Assembly (NCBI GenBank): GCA_951406725.2
Contig: OX597817.1
Span: 146,506,001-146,570,000, forward strand
DNA: 64,000 nucleotides
Direction: 5' to 3'
Source: Octopus vulgaris
Lineage: Eukaryota
Made by a program: the position numbers and the translations under genes. Positions 13,526 through 26,111 of this stretch are shown piece by piece. The notes below the pieces were generated by a model. That model made no database searches. It had not been told where the DNA came from and was given only the letters and a program-made list of their open reading frames with translations. Each line of letters starts with the position of its first letter. Position 1 is the first letter of the stretch.

Positions 13526-15307
13526 CACACACACACACATATATATATATATACACACACACACACATATATATATATATACACACACACACATATATGT
13601 ATATATACACACACATACATATAAAATAAAACAGATGTTGATAATGATGCTGATGATGACACCCACCCACCCATCCATCAATCCATCCATCAATCCATCC
13701 ATCCATAAATGTGTGTGGATATATATCACAAATTTAACAAAAATACAACAAACAGAAAATTCGTAGCTTATTTCTCATCAGTCACAGTCCAAAAGATCAT
13801 TACAATTTCGTGCCTCAAACGTTGATATTGTTTCACTTTTGGTGGCGCCAGTGGCGAAAAGCCACTGGGAATAGCTAATGAATGTAGAGGACAATGATGA
13901 AAAGAAACATGACAAAATAAAACACACATATACAACTAAAAAGCCATGCAGCTGCAAGGCAGACAGACAAGGGGCAACGCAAAGGAAAATGGAAATGTCC
14001 TGTAGGAGTGGAGACTAGAGAAGGACAGACAGAAAGACAGCACGAAGGAAGAAGTATTGGGTGGGGGGTGGGGAGAAAGAGAGTGGGAGTAAGGCAAAAG
14101 AGAGGCGAAGGAAGAGAAAGAGGCAAATAGATCATCATCATCATTTAGCGTCCGTTTTCCATGCTATTATATAAAAAATATTCAAAGAATATATACTCAT
14201 TTACTTGTTTCAGACTGCGGCCATGCTGGAGCACCGCCTTTAATCAAGCAACTCGACCCCAGGACTTATTCTTTTGTAAGCCCAGTACTTATTCTATCGG
14301 TCTCTTTTGCCGAACCGCTAAGTAACGGGGACATAAACACACCAGCATCGGTTGTCAAGCAATGCTAGGGGACAAACACAGACACACAAACGCATATATA
14401 TATATACATATATACGACGGGCTTCTTTCAGTTTCCGTCTACCAAATCCACTCACAAGGCTTTGGTCGGCCCGAGGCTATAGTAGAAGACACTTGCCCAA
14501 GGTGCCACGCAGTGGGACTGAACCCGGAACCATGTGGTTGGTAGACAAGCTACTTACCACACAGCCACTCCTGTGTGTATGTATGTATGTGTGCATGTTT
14601 GTGATTCATATTTTCTCCTTGTCTTACATGTGTTGACTGTAAACAAAAACTACAACAGCCTCACTATTGAAAACAGGCGCTGTTGTATGCTTGCAGTCAA
14701 CCATGAAAGCAAATCCAGACTTCTTGACATGTCTTCATATGTTGCATGTTCTTTGTAAAAAAAGCAGTCTTGTATCTATATCTGGGATGGCAACAGGAAG
14801 GGCATCAGGCCATAGAAAAAACATGCCTAAATGAATTCCATCTTGCCCATACAAGCATGGAAAGATAGACATTAAAGTGATGATGATGATAATGCTGATG
14901 ATAAGACCAAAAATGTGCAAAGGCAGGAAGCAGGTGGGTCTTTGGATCAATATATGATTGGTTCTTATTCCATTTACCTCTCTTCTCACCTCATCAGAAA
15001 GATGAAAGACAGTGTTGAACCCTGAGATTTGAAACTAAAATATTCTGCTTAAACGTAACTAAATATTTCAAGGTTCTTGAAATATTTAGTTACTTTGTCT
15101 GTATTCCTTTTCCCTTGGTATATATATATATATATATATATATCATTCATCATCATCATCGTTTAACGTCCGCTTTCCATGCTAGCATGGGTTGGATGGT
15201 TCGACTGAGGTCTGGGAAGCCAGGAGGCTGCACCAGGCCCAGTCTAATCTGGCAGTGTTTCTACAGCTGGATGCCCTTCCTAATGCCATATATATATAGA
15301 GAGATAT

Positions 15308-15670
15308 ATATCACTTTGATCACTTTGACCGATCAGTCCGTCAGATGTCCATTTGACACCGCTGTCCACTCCTCTCTGGATCGTGCCTTTCTCATCCACG
15401 TGATCCCAATCGTCCTCCTGAAATCGTAATTCCACCGTCGTGGAGGTCTTTTCCGCTCACACGGGTACCACTCGACAACTGCGTGCGTCCACCGATTATC
15501 GGTGAGCCGGGTGACGTGTCCAGCCCATCTATACTTGCTGCGTGTATACTGTGCAATGACATCTCTCACGCCGGACTTCTTTCTGATGATCTTGCTACTT
15601 ATGTGCTCTCTCAACGAGATACCAAGCATTGACCTTTCCATGGCTCTTTGAGCAGTTACCAGTCTTTGCA
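15308..15670 (-). mobile_element. RTE-like LINE 3' fragment
   Basis: AQRAMERSMLGISLREH...KYRWAGHVTR...RWT...EWYP; GATCAAAGT tandem tail. Confidence 0.8.
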
Positions 15671-16110
15671 TGGCTCAGTGGTTAGAGTGTCGAGCTGATG
15701 ATCGTGAGGTTGTGAGCTCGAATCCCGGACCGGGCTGTGTTGTGTTCTTGAGCAAGGCACTTTATTTCACATTGCTCCAGTTCTTCCTCTGCTATTACAG
15801 TGGTCTCCATTTCATGGCCCTAGTTGATCTCTAGCTCATCCAACAAACTTGTCACTCATTTTGCCACCCATTTGTATGCAATTCTCACTTAACTACTTTT
15901 TCAAACTGTAGAAATGAGTTGCGACGTCACAGGTACCAAGCTGTATCCGCCTTTGCCTTTCCCTTGGATAATATTGGTGGTGTGGAGAGGGGAGGTTGGT
16001 ATGCATGGGCGACTGCTGTTCTTCCATAAACAACCTTGCCCAGACTTGTGCCTGGGAGGGTAACTTTCTAGGTGCAATCCCATGGTCAGTGTCGTGACCG
16101 AAGGGGTCTC
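15670..16110 (+). mobile_element. tRNA-derived SINE family D
   Basis: TGGCTCAGTGG A box and GCTCGAATCCC B box, then TTCTTGAGCAAGGCAC. Copies at ~20860-21215 and ~34595-34910. Confidence 0.75.
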
Positions 16111-16230
16111 AGAATTTCAAGATTCTAATACTGTGTAATGCATTATTATTTCTATCATTCCATCACCCTTTTGCTCTCAAATAACAAAGTAAACAATTAA
16201 ATACGTTTAAAGACATGATAATGTCAGTTC

Positions 16231-16236
16231 TTTATT
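16231..16236 (-). promoter_or_regulatory. Candidate polyadenylation signal of the hexosaminidase gene
   Basis: AATAAA on the minus strand about 120 nt downstream of the stop codon. Confidence 0.4.
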
Positions 16237-16357
16237 TTTATAAAGATATCCAAATACAAGAATATTTCAAGAATGCATTGGCAGAAATTGAGCTATAAAA
16301 AATACAGTCATTGCAGTGAGTGGCAGGAGAAAGCTGAGAGAAAAGTTTAAAGACTTA

Positions 16358-16418
16358 TTAACTTATATTTGGACTTAGCAATTCAATCTGTCTGCTGGAC
16401 CGGTGCCTGTCAGTAGAG
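16358..16418 (-). CDS. GH20 hexosaminidase terminal coding exon 7
   Basis: Acceptor CTTCTTTTTCAG, phase 2. Encodes STDRHRSSRQIELLSPNIS* (TAA 16360-16358), resembling the S.DG.R.SR tail of chitobiases. Exon lengths sum to 2583 nt = 860 aa + stop. Confidence 0.75.
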
Positions 16419-16516
16419 CTGAAAAAGAAGTTAGAATATTTAAATCAACAACAAAAGATGTTATATGAGTCATCATAATAAACGTTTCCTAATTTTAAAA
16501 ATAATAATAATAATGA

Positions 16517-16871
16517 TAATGAAATTATTGTATACAGTGCTCAGGTGCACCACAACTTGTCAAAAGTGCATATAAAGCATATGCAGTAATGTACAAATGT
16601 CTGGGAAGTGAACAGAGTATGAGTCAGATACATGCTTGCGTGTGTATGGAGGGGAGAAAATCAGGTGTAGTGTTGGCGAATCTCAGGAAGCATGGAAGTT
16701 TTGAAGGATGCAGTGCTCCGACAACTAACAACTGATGCCGGCAGTTTGTTCCATGCTTCAGCAACTCTTAGCGTGAAAAGATGTTTCTGAAAGTCATGGG
16801 AGCTGTGCTGTTTTCTGACTTTGTAAATATGTCCACAGGTGTTAGACAGGTGGAGTTTGAAAAGGTGCTCT
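16517..16871 (-). mobile_element. CR1-like LINE 3' end
   Basis: Same family as 33151-33690 (RVAEAWNKLPASVV). Confidence 0.8.
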
Positions 16872-17504
16872 CCTTTGCTCATCTTGGAGTTAGTTTTCTG
16901 CAGTTTGTATCAGTTTGGTAAATGAGTGTAAAAATTGCTTTCAAATTAAATTTTAACAGTTACCAAACTTCCCAGTCAATTTCATGCTCTTCTGAGACAG
17001 CTGTGGGTCCTTTCTTAGCATGTACCACAGAACAGAAGGTGAGTTTCTGTTGAGTTTCCAAGTCAGTTTTGATTTGTTATTCACAAGATTATCCACCATC
17101 TTTCCAACAACCACCTTAGTGGAGGCGCAATGGCCCAATGGTTAGGGCAGCGGACTCGCGGTTTCGATTCCCAGACCGGGCATTGTGTGTGTTTATTGAG
17201 TGAAAACACCTAAAGCTCCACGAGGCTCCAGCAGGGGGTGGTGGTGACCCCTGTTGTACTCTTTCGCTCCAACTTTCTCTCATTCTTTCTTCGTGTTTCT
17301 TGTCCTCGACTTCCTACGCAACCGCTGAGTCTGGATGCGCATTCATCCATCTGTCGATGCTCTTGATGTCAGGGGTTGACCTGCTTTCTCTTCTGTGGGT
17401 CTTACGAATAGCAAAGGACCTCATTTCGGACTTCTCCCACTACAAAAATCTGGGACGAAGACCGCTTCACTCAACACACAAACAAACAATAACCTTAGGT
17501 ACCT

Positions 17505-17830
17505 TTTTGAATTCTATATGTCTAACACCCATGGACATGCTTACAAAAATCAAAAACAAAACAGCATCCACAAATTTTGGAAACATTTTTTCACATTTGG
17601 AATTGCTGAAGCATGGAATAAACTACCTGCATCAGTTGTTAGCTGTCAGGATGCTACAGCCTTCAAAACCTCTATGTTCCTGAAATTTGCCAACAGTACA
17701 CCTGATGTCACCACCTACTTTTTTTTTAATCAACTCATTCACTGTTCATTTCCTGTGCATTATTCTCAGCACTGTTCATACATTTTTGGTTACTTTTTCT
17801 AACCTGAGCACTATATACAATAAGTTCATT
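17505..17830 (+). mobile_element. CR1-like LINE 3' end, diverged
   Basis: HGHAYK...FFTFGIAEAWNKLPASVVS. Confidence 0.7.
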
Positions 17831-19140
17831 CTGTCACTAATACTACCAAAAAAAAAAAAAAAAAAAAGTTGCAACTCCTGTCTCTTTTCTCACCAAATAC
17901 CAATAATTATTAAGAGATATTCTGATATTATAAAAAGTTAAGCAAATTTAACTGCCCTATTTGCATGAGAGGAAAAAGATGCTGATTGTCTCATGTACTC
18001 AGAGAGAAAACAAAAACAAAAAAAAACTGTCAACCAACATAGCTATCATCATCATCATAACAGCTACTGCTAAAACCCAGTGTATAAATATGCTAAAGAA
18101 GACCCTACAACTTAACACAGTCACCAAATCTTCTCCCACAAATAGCCTCATGTCCTTAAAATGGGGCTATGTGCTTTAAATCCAAAATTTCAAAGCAATT
18201 TTCCAACACTAAAGACACGAGGTTACTTAAACTAGAGAGGAAGCAAGCTATTATGCTTCTACACAAACTTTACACTGTTAATGAATCATTTTGCATTATG
18301 ATAACCTGGCTTAAGTAGTGTTATATTAAATGGAGCAGAACATTTAGCAGTAGGAAAAGCACTCAACCGTGAAACAAAAATACTAATTAACACTTATATG
18401 TTGTCATGTCGTTATATATAAATATGACAGAATTGAATTTACATGTTACAAGTTTCAAATGAATACTACTAGTTTTAACATAATAACATCATTTAAAATG
18501 CACATTATGAAACGGAGTCAAAGGGAAGATATTTCTTACTGGAGAATGAATCACAGCACAATGAAACAAAACCAAGGAAACATTCAGCTTTTATGAAACT
18601 ATTTGACTCAATGAGAAATCAGAATATAAGGCATGTTATTGTGTCATGGCAAAGAATACCTCATAAAGGGCTCGGTTTGGAGCATAGGTATCTCCCATTT
18701 TTAAAGGACATTATGATATTTCAGTGTTCATCTCATACAGTAAAAATTTTTACCAATATAGCGCAACACTAGCTACATCAAATCCCAGTGACTATATCAA
18801 TTATTTAAGAATGCGTGTCATTTTATGTTTATATACAAGGATGTATCCATGGAGAGAGAGAGAGGGGACTATGAGTATGGTATGGATAGCATACATATGT
18901 GGGCAAGTGTTTTCATGTATAATATCAATATTCTCTTTTACTTGTTTCAGTCATTTGACTGCGGCCATGCTGGAGCACCAGCTTTAGTCGAGCTAATCGA
19001 CCCCAGGACTTATTTTTTTGGAAGCCTAGTACTTATTCTATCAGTCTCTTTTGCCGAACCGCTAAGTTACGGGGACATAAACACACCAGCATTGGTTGTC
19101 AAGTGATGTTGGGAGGACAAACACAGACACACAAACATAT

Positions 19141-19173
<33 letters not shown>

Positions 19174-20321
19174 CATATATACGATGGGCTTCTTTCAGTT
19201 TCCGTCTACCAAATCCACTCACAAGGCTTTGGTCAGCCCAAGGCTATAGTAGAAGACACTTGCCCAAGGTGCCACACTGTGGGAATGAACCTGGAACCAT
19301 GTGGTTGATAAGCAAGCTACTTACCACACAGCCATTCCTGTGCCTATGTGAATTACGTTTTAGTAAGGATTTGAAGGATGTCTGGCTCCTAGATATATCA
19401 CAGACCCACTTGTGTGCAGACCATACTCAGATGTCATGTGGACCATTATCCCTGCTTAAGGCTTAAACAGGCCCTGTACCTCAAGGATAAGTTTGGAGAA
19501 GCAGGAAACTAGCAGAGTAAACAGTAAATATACCACTACTGTATCTATCCCAAGAAAATTTATAAACCTTTAAACTTTGATCCATGATCACTGATGCCTG
19601 TAGGCATAGCACATGAACAAGTCACCAATTCCAAATGGCTGCATATCTTCATATCCCAAATCATAATGATGGCTTCAAATTTTGGCACAAAGCCAGCATC
19701 TTTAGGGGAAGGAGATAGGCTATTATACTAGCACTTGCGCTCACCTGGTACTTATTTTATTGATCCCAGAAGGATGAAAGGCAAAGCTAACCTCAGTGGT
19801 ATTTGAACCTAGAATGTAAGGAGTTTAAAGAAATGCCACTAACCATTTTGTCTGACATGCTAATGATTCTGAAAGCTAGCTAGCTAGTTTGCTGCTGCTG
19901 GTACTGCTACTACTACTACTACTACTAATAATAATAATAATAACAAGAAGAAGAAGAAGAAGAAGAAGAAAAAGAGGAGGAGTACTCAGAGAGCACAAAC
20001 CTCTACCAAAGCAACACCAACGTCTTCTCAATGATAAGTTGGAGATGATTTTTAAAATGAGAATATCTAATATAAACCCAATTGCTCTAACAAATTAAGT
20101 AAAACAAAATTGGAAAAATAATCCAGAATCCTTGTCTGACACTGGATCAACTCCAAAATCTAATCAGTTCATGCCAGCCATGAGGCCAAACATTCCTGAA
20201 ATTTTCATCTGAATCCATCCAGCAGTTCTTGAGATATCTTGTCCACAAACAAACAAACAGGACTGAAAACAATACCTCTACCTTAACGAAGGTGGAGGTA
20301 ATAAAGAACCCAATAGATTAC

Positions 20322-20468
20322 CTGGTTTGCAATAAAACTTTAGTGTTGCTGGGAATGTGAATCGGCTCATTAGATTGAGTGGTCCAAGTTTCTCCATTAT
20401 CAATACTGTACTGAATTGGAAGGCCAGGATAAGTACAATTCACCTCTAATCTTCCATCTTCAAGGAAC
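20322..20468 (-). CDS. GH20 hexosaminidase coding exon 6 (CHB_HEX_C domain)
   Basis: Found by manual translation. Acceptor TTTGTTCAG, donor AG|GTAATC. Encodes FLEDGRLEVNCTYPGLPIQYSIDNGETW...VLLQT, fitting the PGL.I.YS.D.G.TW motif. 147 nt, phase 2 to 2. Confidence 0.88.
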
Positions 20469-23391
20469 CTGAACAAATAAAAGAGATCGATTATCAAATA
20501 TTAGGTTTTTCAAAGCTTGGTCAAGGTTTAAAGTGGAATAAAGTATAGCGAGGTAGAATAGTGTCAGCTGACAATCAAGGAAAGAAGAAAATTGCTGTCT
20601 TGATGACAAAAAAATATATATTTCTATTATCAAAGAAGGCACAGGTGTGGTTGTGTGGTAAGAAGTTTGCTTCCCAACTAGATGGTTTCAGGTTCAATCT
20701 CACTGTGTGGCACCTTAGGCAAGTTTCTTCTACTATAGCCTCAAGTCTACCAAAGCATTGTGAGCAGATTTGGTAAACGGAAACAGGTTATAAGCCTGTT
20801 GTATACATCTATATATCAATATATACACACATTTATATGTATGTGTGTGTGTGTGTGAAGACACATGGCTGAGTGGTTAGAGCATCGAGGTTATGATCAT
20901 GAGGTTGTGAGTTCGATTCCCAGGCCGAGCTGTGTATTGTGTTCTTGAGCAAGACACTTTATTTCACGTTGCTCCAGTTCACTCATCTGTAGAAATGAGT
21001 TGCGACATCACAGGTGCCAAGCTGTATCAGCCTTTGCCTTTCCCTTGGATAACATTGGTGGTGTGGAGAGGGAAGGCTGGTATGTATGGGCGACTGCTGG
21101 TCTTCCATAAAAACAACCCTAGGTTGTGTGTCCACCGGTGAGGCGACTTTCTGCCCAGACTTGTACCCTGGAGAAACCTCTTAGGTGCATCCATGGTCAC
21201 TTGTGACTGATGGAGTCAAGGTCGAGGTATGTGGTGTGTGTGTATGTGTGAATATGTGATGTGTGTCTGTGTTGTCTTTGACATCGTTTGATAGATGTAA
21301 ATGTTTGTCACAGGCAAACAAGCAATGTCATTCATTTCCAGTATTCTGTACGAACAGAATATTGTTGCCAACTTCAACCAGAATAACTGGTGAAAGTTGG
21401 CAACATGAAGGGTATGTCGAAAATCTGCCTCAATGAATTCCATCTGACTCATGTAATCATGAAAAAGTGGTTATGATGATGATGACTACATATAACTTTG
21501 GACTTTGTATTTTGGAAAATTCTACAAAGTACATCTGGTAGCAAGGAATTCAGATATGACGATCAATGCAAGCATGTATACTTACACATATGCGTGGTTG
21601 TAATGCACATGCGTATGTATGCACGATATGGATACTTGTCATGATGTCAGGCAAAATCCAGAAGCTGCATTCTTAAAAGTAACAAGCAGTCTGTTTAATA
21701 TCAAGCTGTGCCGCCTGACTGGCTCCCGTGTCAGTGGAGCATAAAAAGCACCCACTACACTCTTGGAGTGGCTGGCGTTAGGAAGGGCATCCAGGTGTGG
21801 AAACATTGCCAGATCAGACTGGAGCCTGGTGCAGCCTCCTGGTTTGCCAGCCCTCAGTCAAACCGTCCAACCCATGCCAGCGTGGAAAACGGAGTCAAAC
21901 GATGATGATGACGACATGACAAGATACGGAATCGGTTACGGGAAGTGGAGAGGCAGGTACAGCAACAGTTTGGATGGTATGCTGTTATAGAAGTCAGCTC
22001 AGCAGAGACCATTCTAATAGTGATAGAATAAAGAAGTGTGAACAAATGATGGTTGGCAGAGCAGAAGGTGTATTTGTATGATGGGTTCATTCTCAATTGC
22101 TCACACACATTTGTGATTTATATAAAGTCAGTAGTTGTTTTGGGCTGAAATAATGCCTTGTTTTGTTCCATTTAGATCAGAGACCAGAGAGTTAATTCCC
22201 TTGTAATCTTGTAGCAAGTCATTAGAAAAAGTGTCAGATTTTCCACAGGGCGACCTCAACATCTAAATTAAGAAAATGTGGTAAGAAGTTTGTTTCCCAG
22301 CCACATGGTTCCAGGTTCAGTCTCACTGCACGGCCCCTTGGACAAGTGTCTTTTGCTATAGCCGTGAGACAACCAAAGCCTTGTGAGTAGATTCGGTAGA
22401 CAGAAACTGAAAGAAGTCTGTTGTATGTATGTATGGGTCTGCATGTGTGTGTTTACACCCCCATAACTTAGTAGCTCAGGAAAAAAAAAAAACTGATATA
22501 ATAAGTACCAAGCTTGAAAAATATAAGTATTAGGATAAATTTGCTTGACTAAACCCTTTAAGGTGGTGCCCCAGCATGGCCACAGAACAATGTCTGAAAC
22601 AAGTAAAGGACAAAAGAAATATAGTTATCCATTATTATATTATCACAGAATAACACCAAATGACTTGCTTAGTTTCAGATTTCTAACCCTTTACCTGTCC
22701 AAATTTTCATAAGTTTGTCCCAAATGTCCATGCTCGTTTTCAGAATTTTAGTCAACCCTTTTTTCATGTGTTCTGAGTAATGTAAAATGTTCCTTTCTAG
22801 TGGTTGTTATGAATTGAGGATGTGTATCATATATGATGCATTTAAAAAAATTTTGTCTTCCAAAATACTTGGTGACACTGTCAGAGTAGGTACCACCTAA
22901 AACCACCCAATCCACACTGTAAAGTGGTTGGTGTTTGGAAGAGCATCCAGCTGTAAAAACCTTGCCAAAACTGACCATGCCTGTGCTTGTGCCATGTAAA
23001 AAGCAATAAGTCCATCCTGCTGAGTGGTTGGTTTTAGGAAGGGTATCTAGCTATAAAAATCCTGCCAAAAACAGTCACAGAATTCTGGTGCAGGCTTCTG
23101 CCTGGATTGCTCTTGTGAAACCATCCCACCCATGCTAGCATGGAAGGCAGACATATGATGATGATGATGGCTGCCAGGGTTATGTGCCTTGTGTATTACA
23201 TGTGATACATAGGACAAACAAAGGGTTAGAACAATTTCTTTTGTATAAAACTGTGAGGGTTATCAGTTAAACATATGGCAGGCTTTTGTACAGTTCTATC
23301 TACAAAATTCCAGTGCTGCAAATATTATTTCAGAAATGACTTCCAGTGCTAATTAGATACCATGTAATAATTTTATAAGTGGTTTACTTAC

Positions 23392-23644
23392 CTGGCACCA
23401 GGTGGCACTAAATGATAAGCTATATGTGCCTGTTCCAATCGAGATAATTCTTTTGTACCAAGTGTTTTAGCAAGGCTGGCCCAATCTTTTGTTGATTCAG
23501 CATCTCTTTTGCATTTGTCTGTTTCATCTTCCCAGCTTGCTTTGTGCCATGCCCTTTCAGCCATAGCTATAAGACGAGGAAATACCATACACTCCAGTTG
23601 TTCAGATGTACGGACTAGTTCTGACCACAGTTGACCTTGGATCC
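23392..23644 (-). CDS. GH20 hexosaminidase coding exon 5
   Basis: Acceptor TTTCTCCTTGTAG, donor AG|GTAAGT. Encodes GIQGQLWSELVRT...MVFPRLIAMAERAWHKASWE...YHLVPPGA. 253 nt, phase 1 to 2. Confidence 0.95.
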
Positions 23645-24582
23645 CTACAAGGAGAAACAGAAATTTAAAAGGTTACTCATTTACTCTTTTACTTGTTTCA
23701 GTCATTTGACTGTGGCCATGCTGGAGCACCGCCTTTAGTCGAGCAAATCGACCCCAGGACTTATTCTTTGTTAGCCTAGTACTTATTCTATGGGGCTCTT
23801 TTGCCGAACCGCTAAGTTACGGGGACGTAAACACACCAGCATCGGTTGTCAAGCGATGTTGGGGGGACAAACACAGACACACAAACATACACACACACAT
23901 ATATATGTATACATATATACAACGGGCTTCCTTCAGTTTCTGTTTACCAAATCCACTCACAAGGCTTTGGTCGGCCTGAGGCTATAGTAGAAGACACTTG
24001 CCCAAGGTGCCACGCAGTGGGACTGAACTTGGAACCATGTGGTTGGTAAGCAAGCTACTTACCACACAGCCACTCAGAAAATTCTTTAGCATATTCAACA
24101 GGTTAGCAGCCAAGGTCATATTAATATCTTATTTTCAACTAAAATGGCAGGCTGGCAGAATTGTTAGCACACCGGACAAAATGCTTAGTGGTATTTTATC
24201 TGTCTTTCCATTCTGAGTTCAAATTCTGTCATGGTTGACTGTCACCCTTTTGAGGTTGATAAAATAACTATCAGTTGAGTGCTGAGGTTGTTGTGGTGAT
24301 AGACATTAACACTCCTGCGTGATTAAAAGGTGGAATCATCAAACTCTTATAAAGAGTAATTTGAGATGGTAGAAGAAGGAGTTGGTGTCTCACATGTTGA
24401 TAGTTGGAAGGTTAAGTTGGTAATACATTGCTTTACACCCCGCTTTGTTAAAGTCATATATCCGCAACCAGGGGTATAAAAGAGGTCAATATAATCATCT
24501 ACCCCTTTCACTTCAAACTTCAGACTGTGTGCCTATAGCAGAAAGAAATATCTTATTTTCAACTAAAACATTTTATACATTA

Positions 24583-24935
24583 CTAGCACTATGACCCAGC
24601 AACGCTGGGTCATAGTGCTAGTGCATGCATATACAGCTGCGTGCGTGCACACATACACGCGAGTACTGTCCAAATCTCCGACCAATCACATACAGCTAGC
24701 GTATCAAGTTTCGGGCATTTTGATTGGGTTTTGGATAGAAAATTCACAAAAAAGTCACTTCTATTGATTTTTTAATGGCTTTGCGGGGTGACTGGGGAAA
24801 TGTAAAGATGTGCACGACCACCCTTGGACGGTTTTGAATGACCAAAGAATGTGCGAGCCCTCTAACTGAAAAATTGTGGATTTGCATAAAGGACACACAC
24901 AAAGACAGACATTTTGCCGTTTATATATATAGAGA
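24583..24935 (-). mobile_element. Non-autonomous Helitron
   Basis: The minus strand begins A|TC and ends CTAG|T, with a terminal hairpin; no TSD. Confidence 0.75.
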
Positions 24936-24936
24936 T

Positions 24937-25205
24937 TTACATTTGATAGATATTTGTTCTCATCTTGTTTGTTGCTAACACAACCTTTTGGCTGATATAC
25001 CCTTCAGCCTTCATCAGGTGTCTTGGGGAAATTTCGAACCCGAGTTCTCATTCCTAAGGTATTTTTTGATGTTATTATTATTATTATTATTATATTTGGG
25101 TCACTGTCTGGAATTGAACTCGGAATCTTGGGGTTAGTAGCCTGTGCTCTTAACCACTACGCCATATGCCCAAACAAGATGAGGACAAATATCAGTCAAA
25201 TGTAA
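24937..25205 (-). mobile_element. tRNA-headed element with a Penelope-like hammerhead remnant and inverted terminal segments
   Basis: tRNA-like head 25171->25098 (A box TGGCGTAGTGG, B box GAGTTCAATTCC); CTGATGA-stem-(G/A)AAA at 25017->24986; ~35-bp inverted repeat 24937-24971 / 25171-25205. Confidence 0.55.
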
Positions 25206-25472
25206 ATAACGCACATATTTCCTCATCTCTTAAATATAGAACTAAAACATTTTAGGTTTATATTTAAGTTTTGTATTTGGTTTGCAAGATTCTTGATGTG
25301 AACTCATGTGTTGAAACATATTTTGTTGTATCATTTGAGGGTCACAACCTTCAAATTCCTTTCATTTGAGATGTGATCATGAAACTGATATGTTATCTTT
25401 GGAGGGCCATTATGACAATAATAAACACATGCATTAGTTCTATTTCACTTCTTTATTAATTATTTGTTAATT

Positions 25473-25674
25473 GGTTAAGTATTTAACCAATTAGCTAAAC
25501 AATTATTTGATCAATTTTTCAGCTAATCTATCAGTTAGTAAAAGATTGGAGTAGAGAAGGTATGTCATTCACGAGGTTGTGAATGACAACAAAAGGACTT
25601 AGACAAATCTGATTGATTGATTAACTGAAAAATTACTGAAACAATCAATTAGTTAGTTGGTTAAATAGTTAACC
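25473..25674. mobile_element. Small AT-rich MITE-like inverted repeat
   Basis: ~65-bp imperfect arms GGTTAAGTATTTAACCAA... / ...TTGGTTAAATAGTTAACC. Confidence 0.5.
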
Positions 25675-25873
25675 CCGCCGACTTTTAGTTCATGCCATTG
25701 AGAAAAACTGCATTATTTATGGGATGACCCAATATTATTATAAAGATAATAATGTAAACTAAGTCATTTGCCAAACAAGTACGGCTCTGCAAAATAACAA
25801 ATGTTCTAGAACAATTATTGTGACCAAACGAAACAGCTTCTGAAAGTCATTAAGAAAATACTGTTTTACTTAC

Positions 25874-26111
25874 CAATAATGTTTTCAGGAACTTTTAGGT
25901 TCACTATTTTCTTCTCATAAGTTTTAATATCATCAATAGAAAGAGGTTCACCCGTCAGTTTATAATCAGCGTTAGCATAGAGGTCATCTGGAATGAACTT
26001 AAACACTTTTTCAGTGTCTATAAACCGGGCTGCCCAATAAAGACCTCTCTCTTCAGGATCTGGTTCATAAGGGTGGTCAAAATAAAGGTGTGTAGCCTGA
26101 GACATGACAAC
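25874..26111 (-). CDS. GH20 hexosaminidase coding exon 4
   Basis: Acceptor TTCTAG, donor G|GTAAGT. Encodes VVMSQATHLYFDHPYEPDPEERGLYWAARFID...ENII. 238 nt, phase 0 to 1. Confidence 0.95.

Noticed and set aside
13383-13766. Overlapping ORFs rich in C/V/Y/I or H/T
   Set aside because: They are translations of TG/TA/CA microsatellites.
14352-14636. Recurrent ORFs (DGLLSVSVYQIHSQGFG..., MPKVPRSGTEPGTMW...) found many times in the window
   Set aside because: They are chance reading frames of SINE family A copies, not a gene family.
22130-22262. Minus-strand short ORF after an AG, considered as hexosaminidase exon 6
   Set aside because: It has an immediate stop in the required phase; the exon at 20322-20468 fits both phase and motif.
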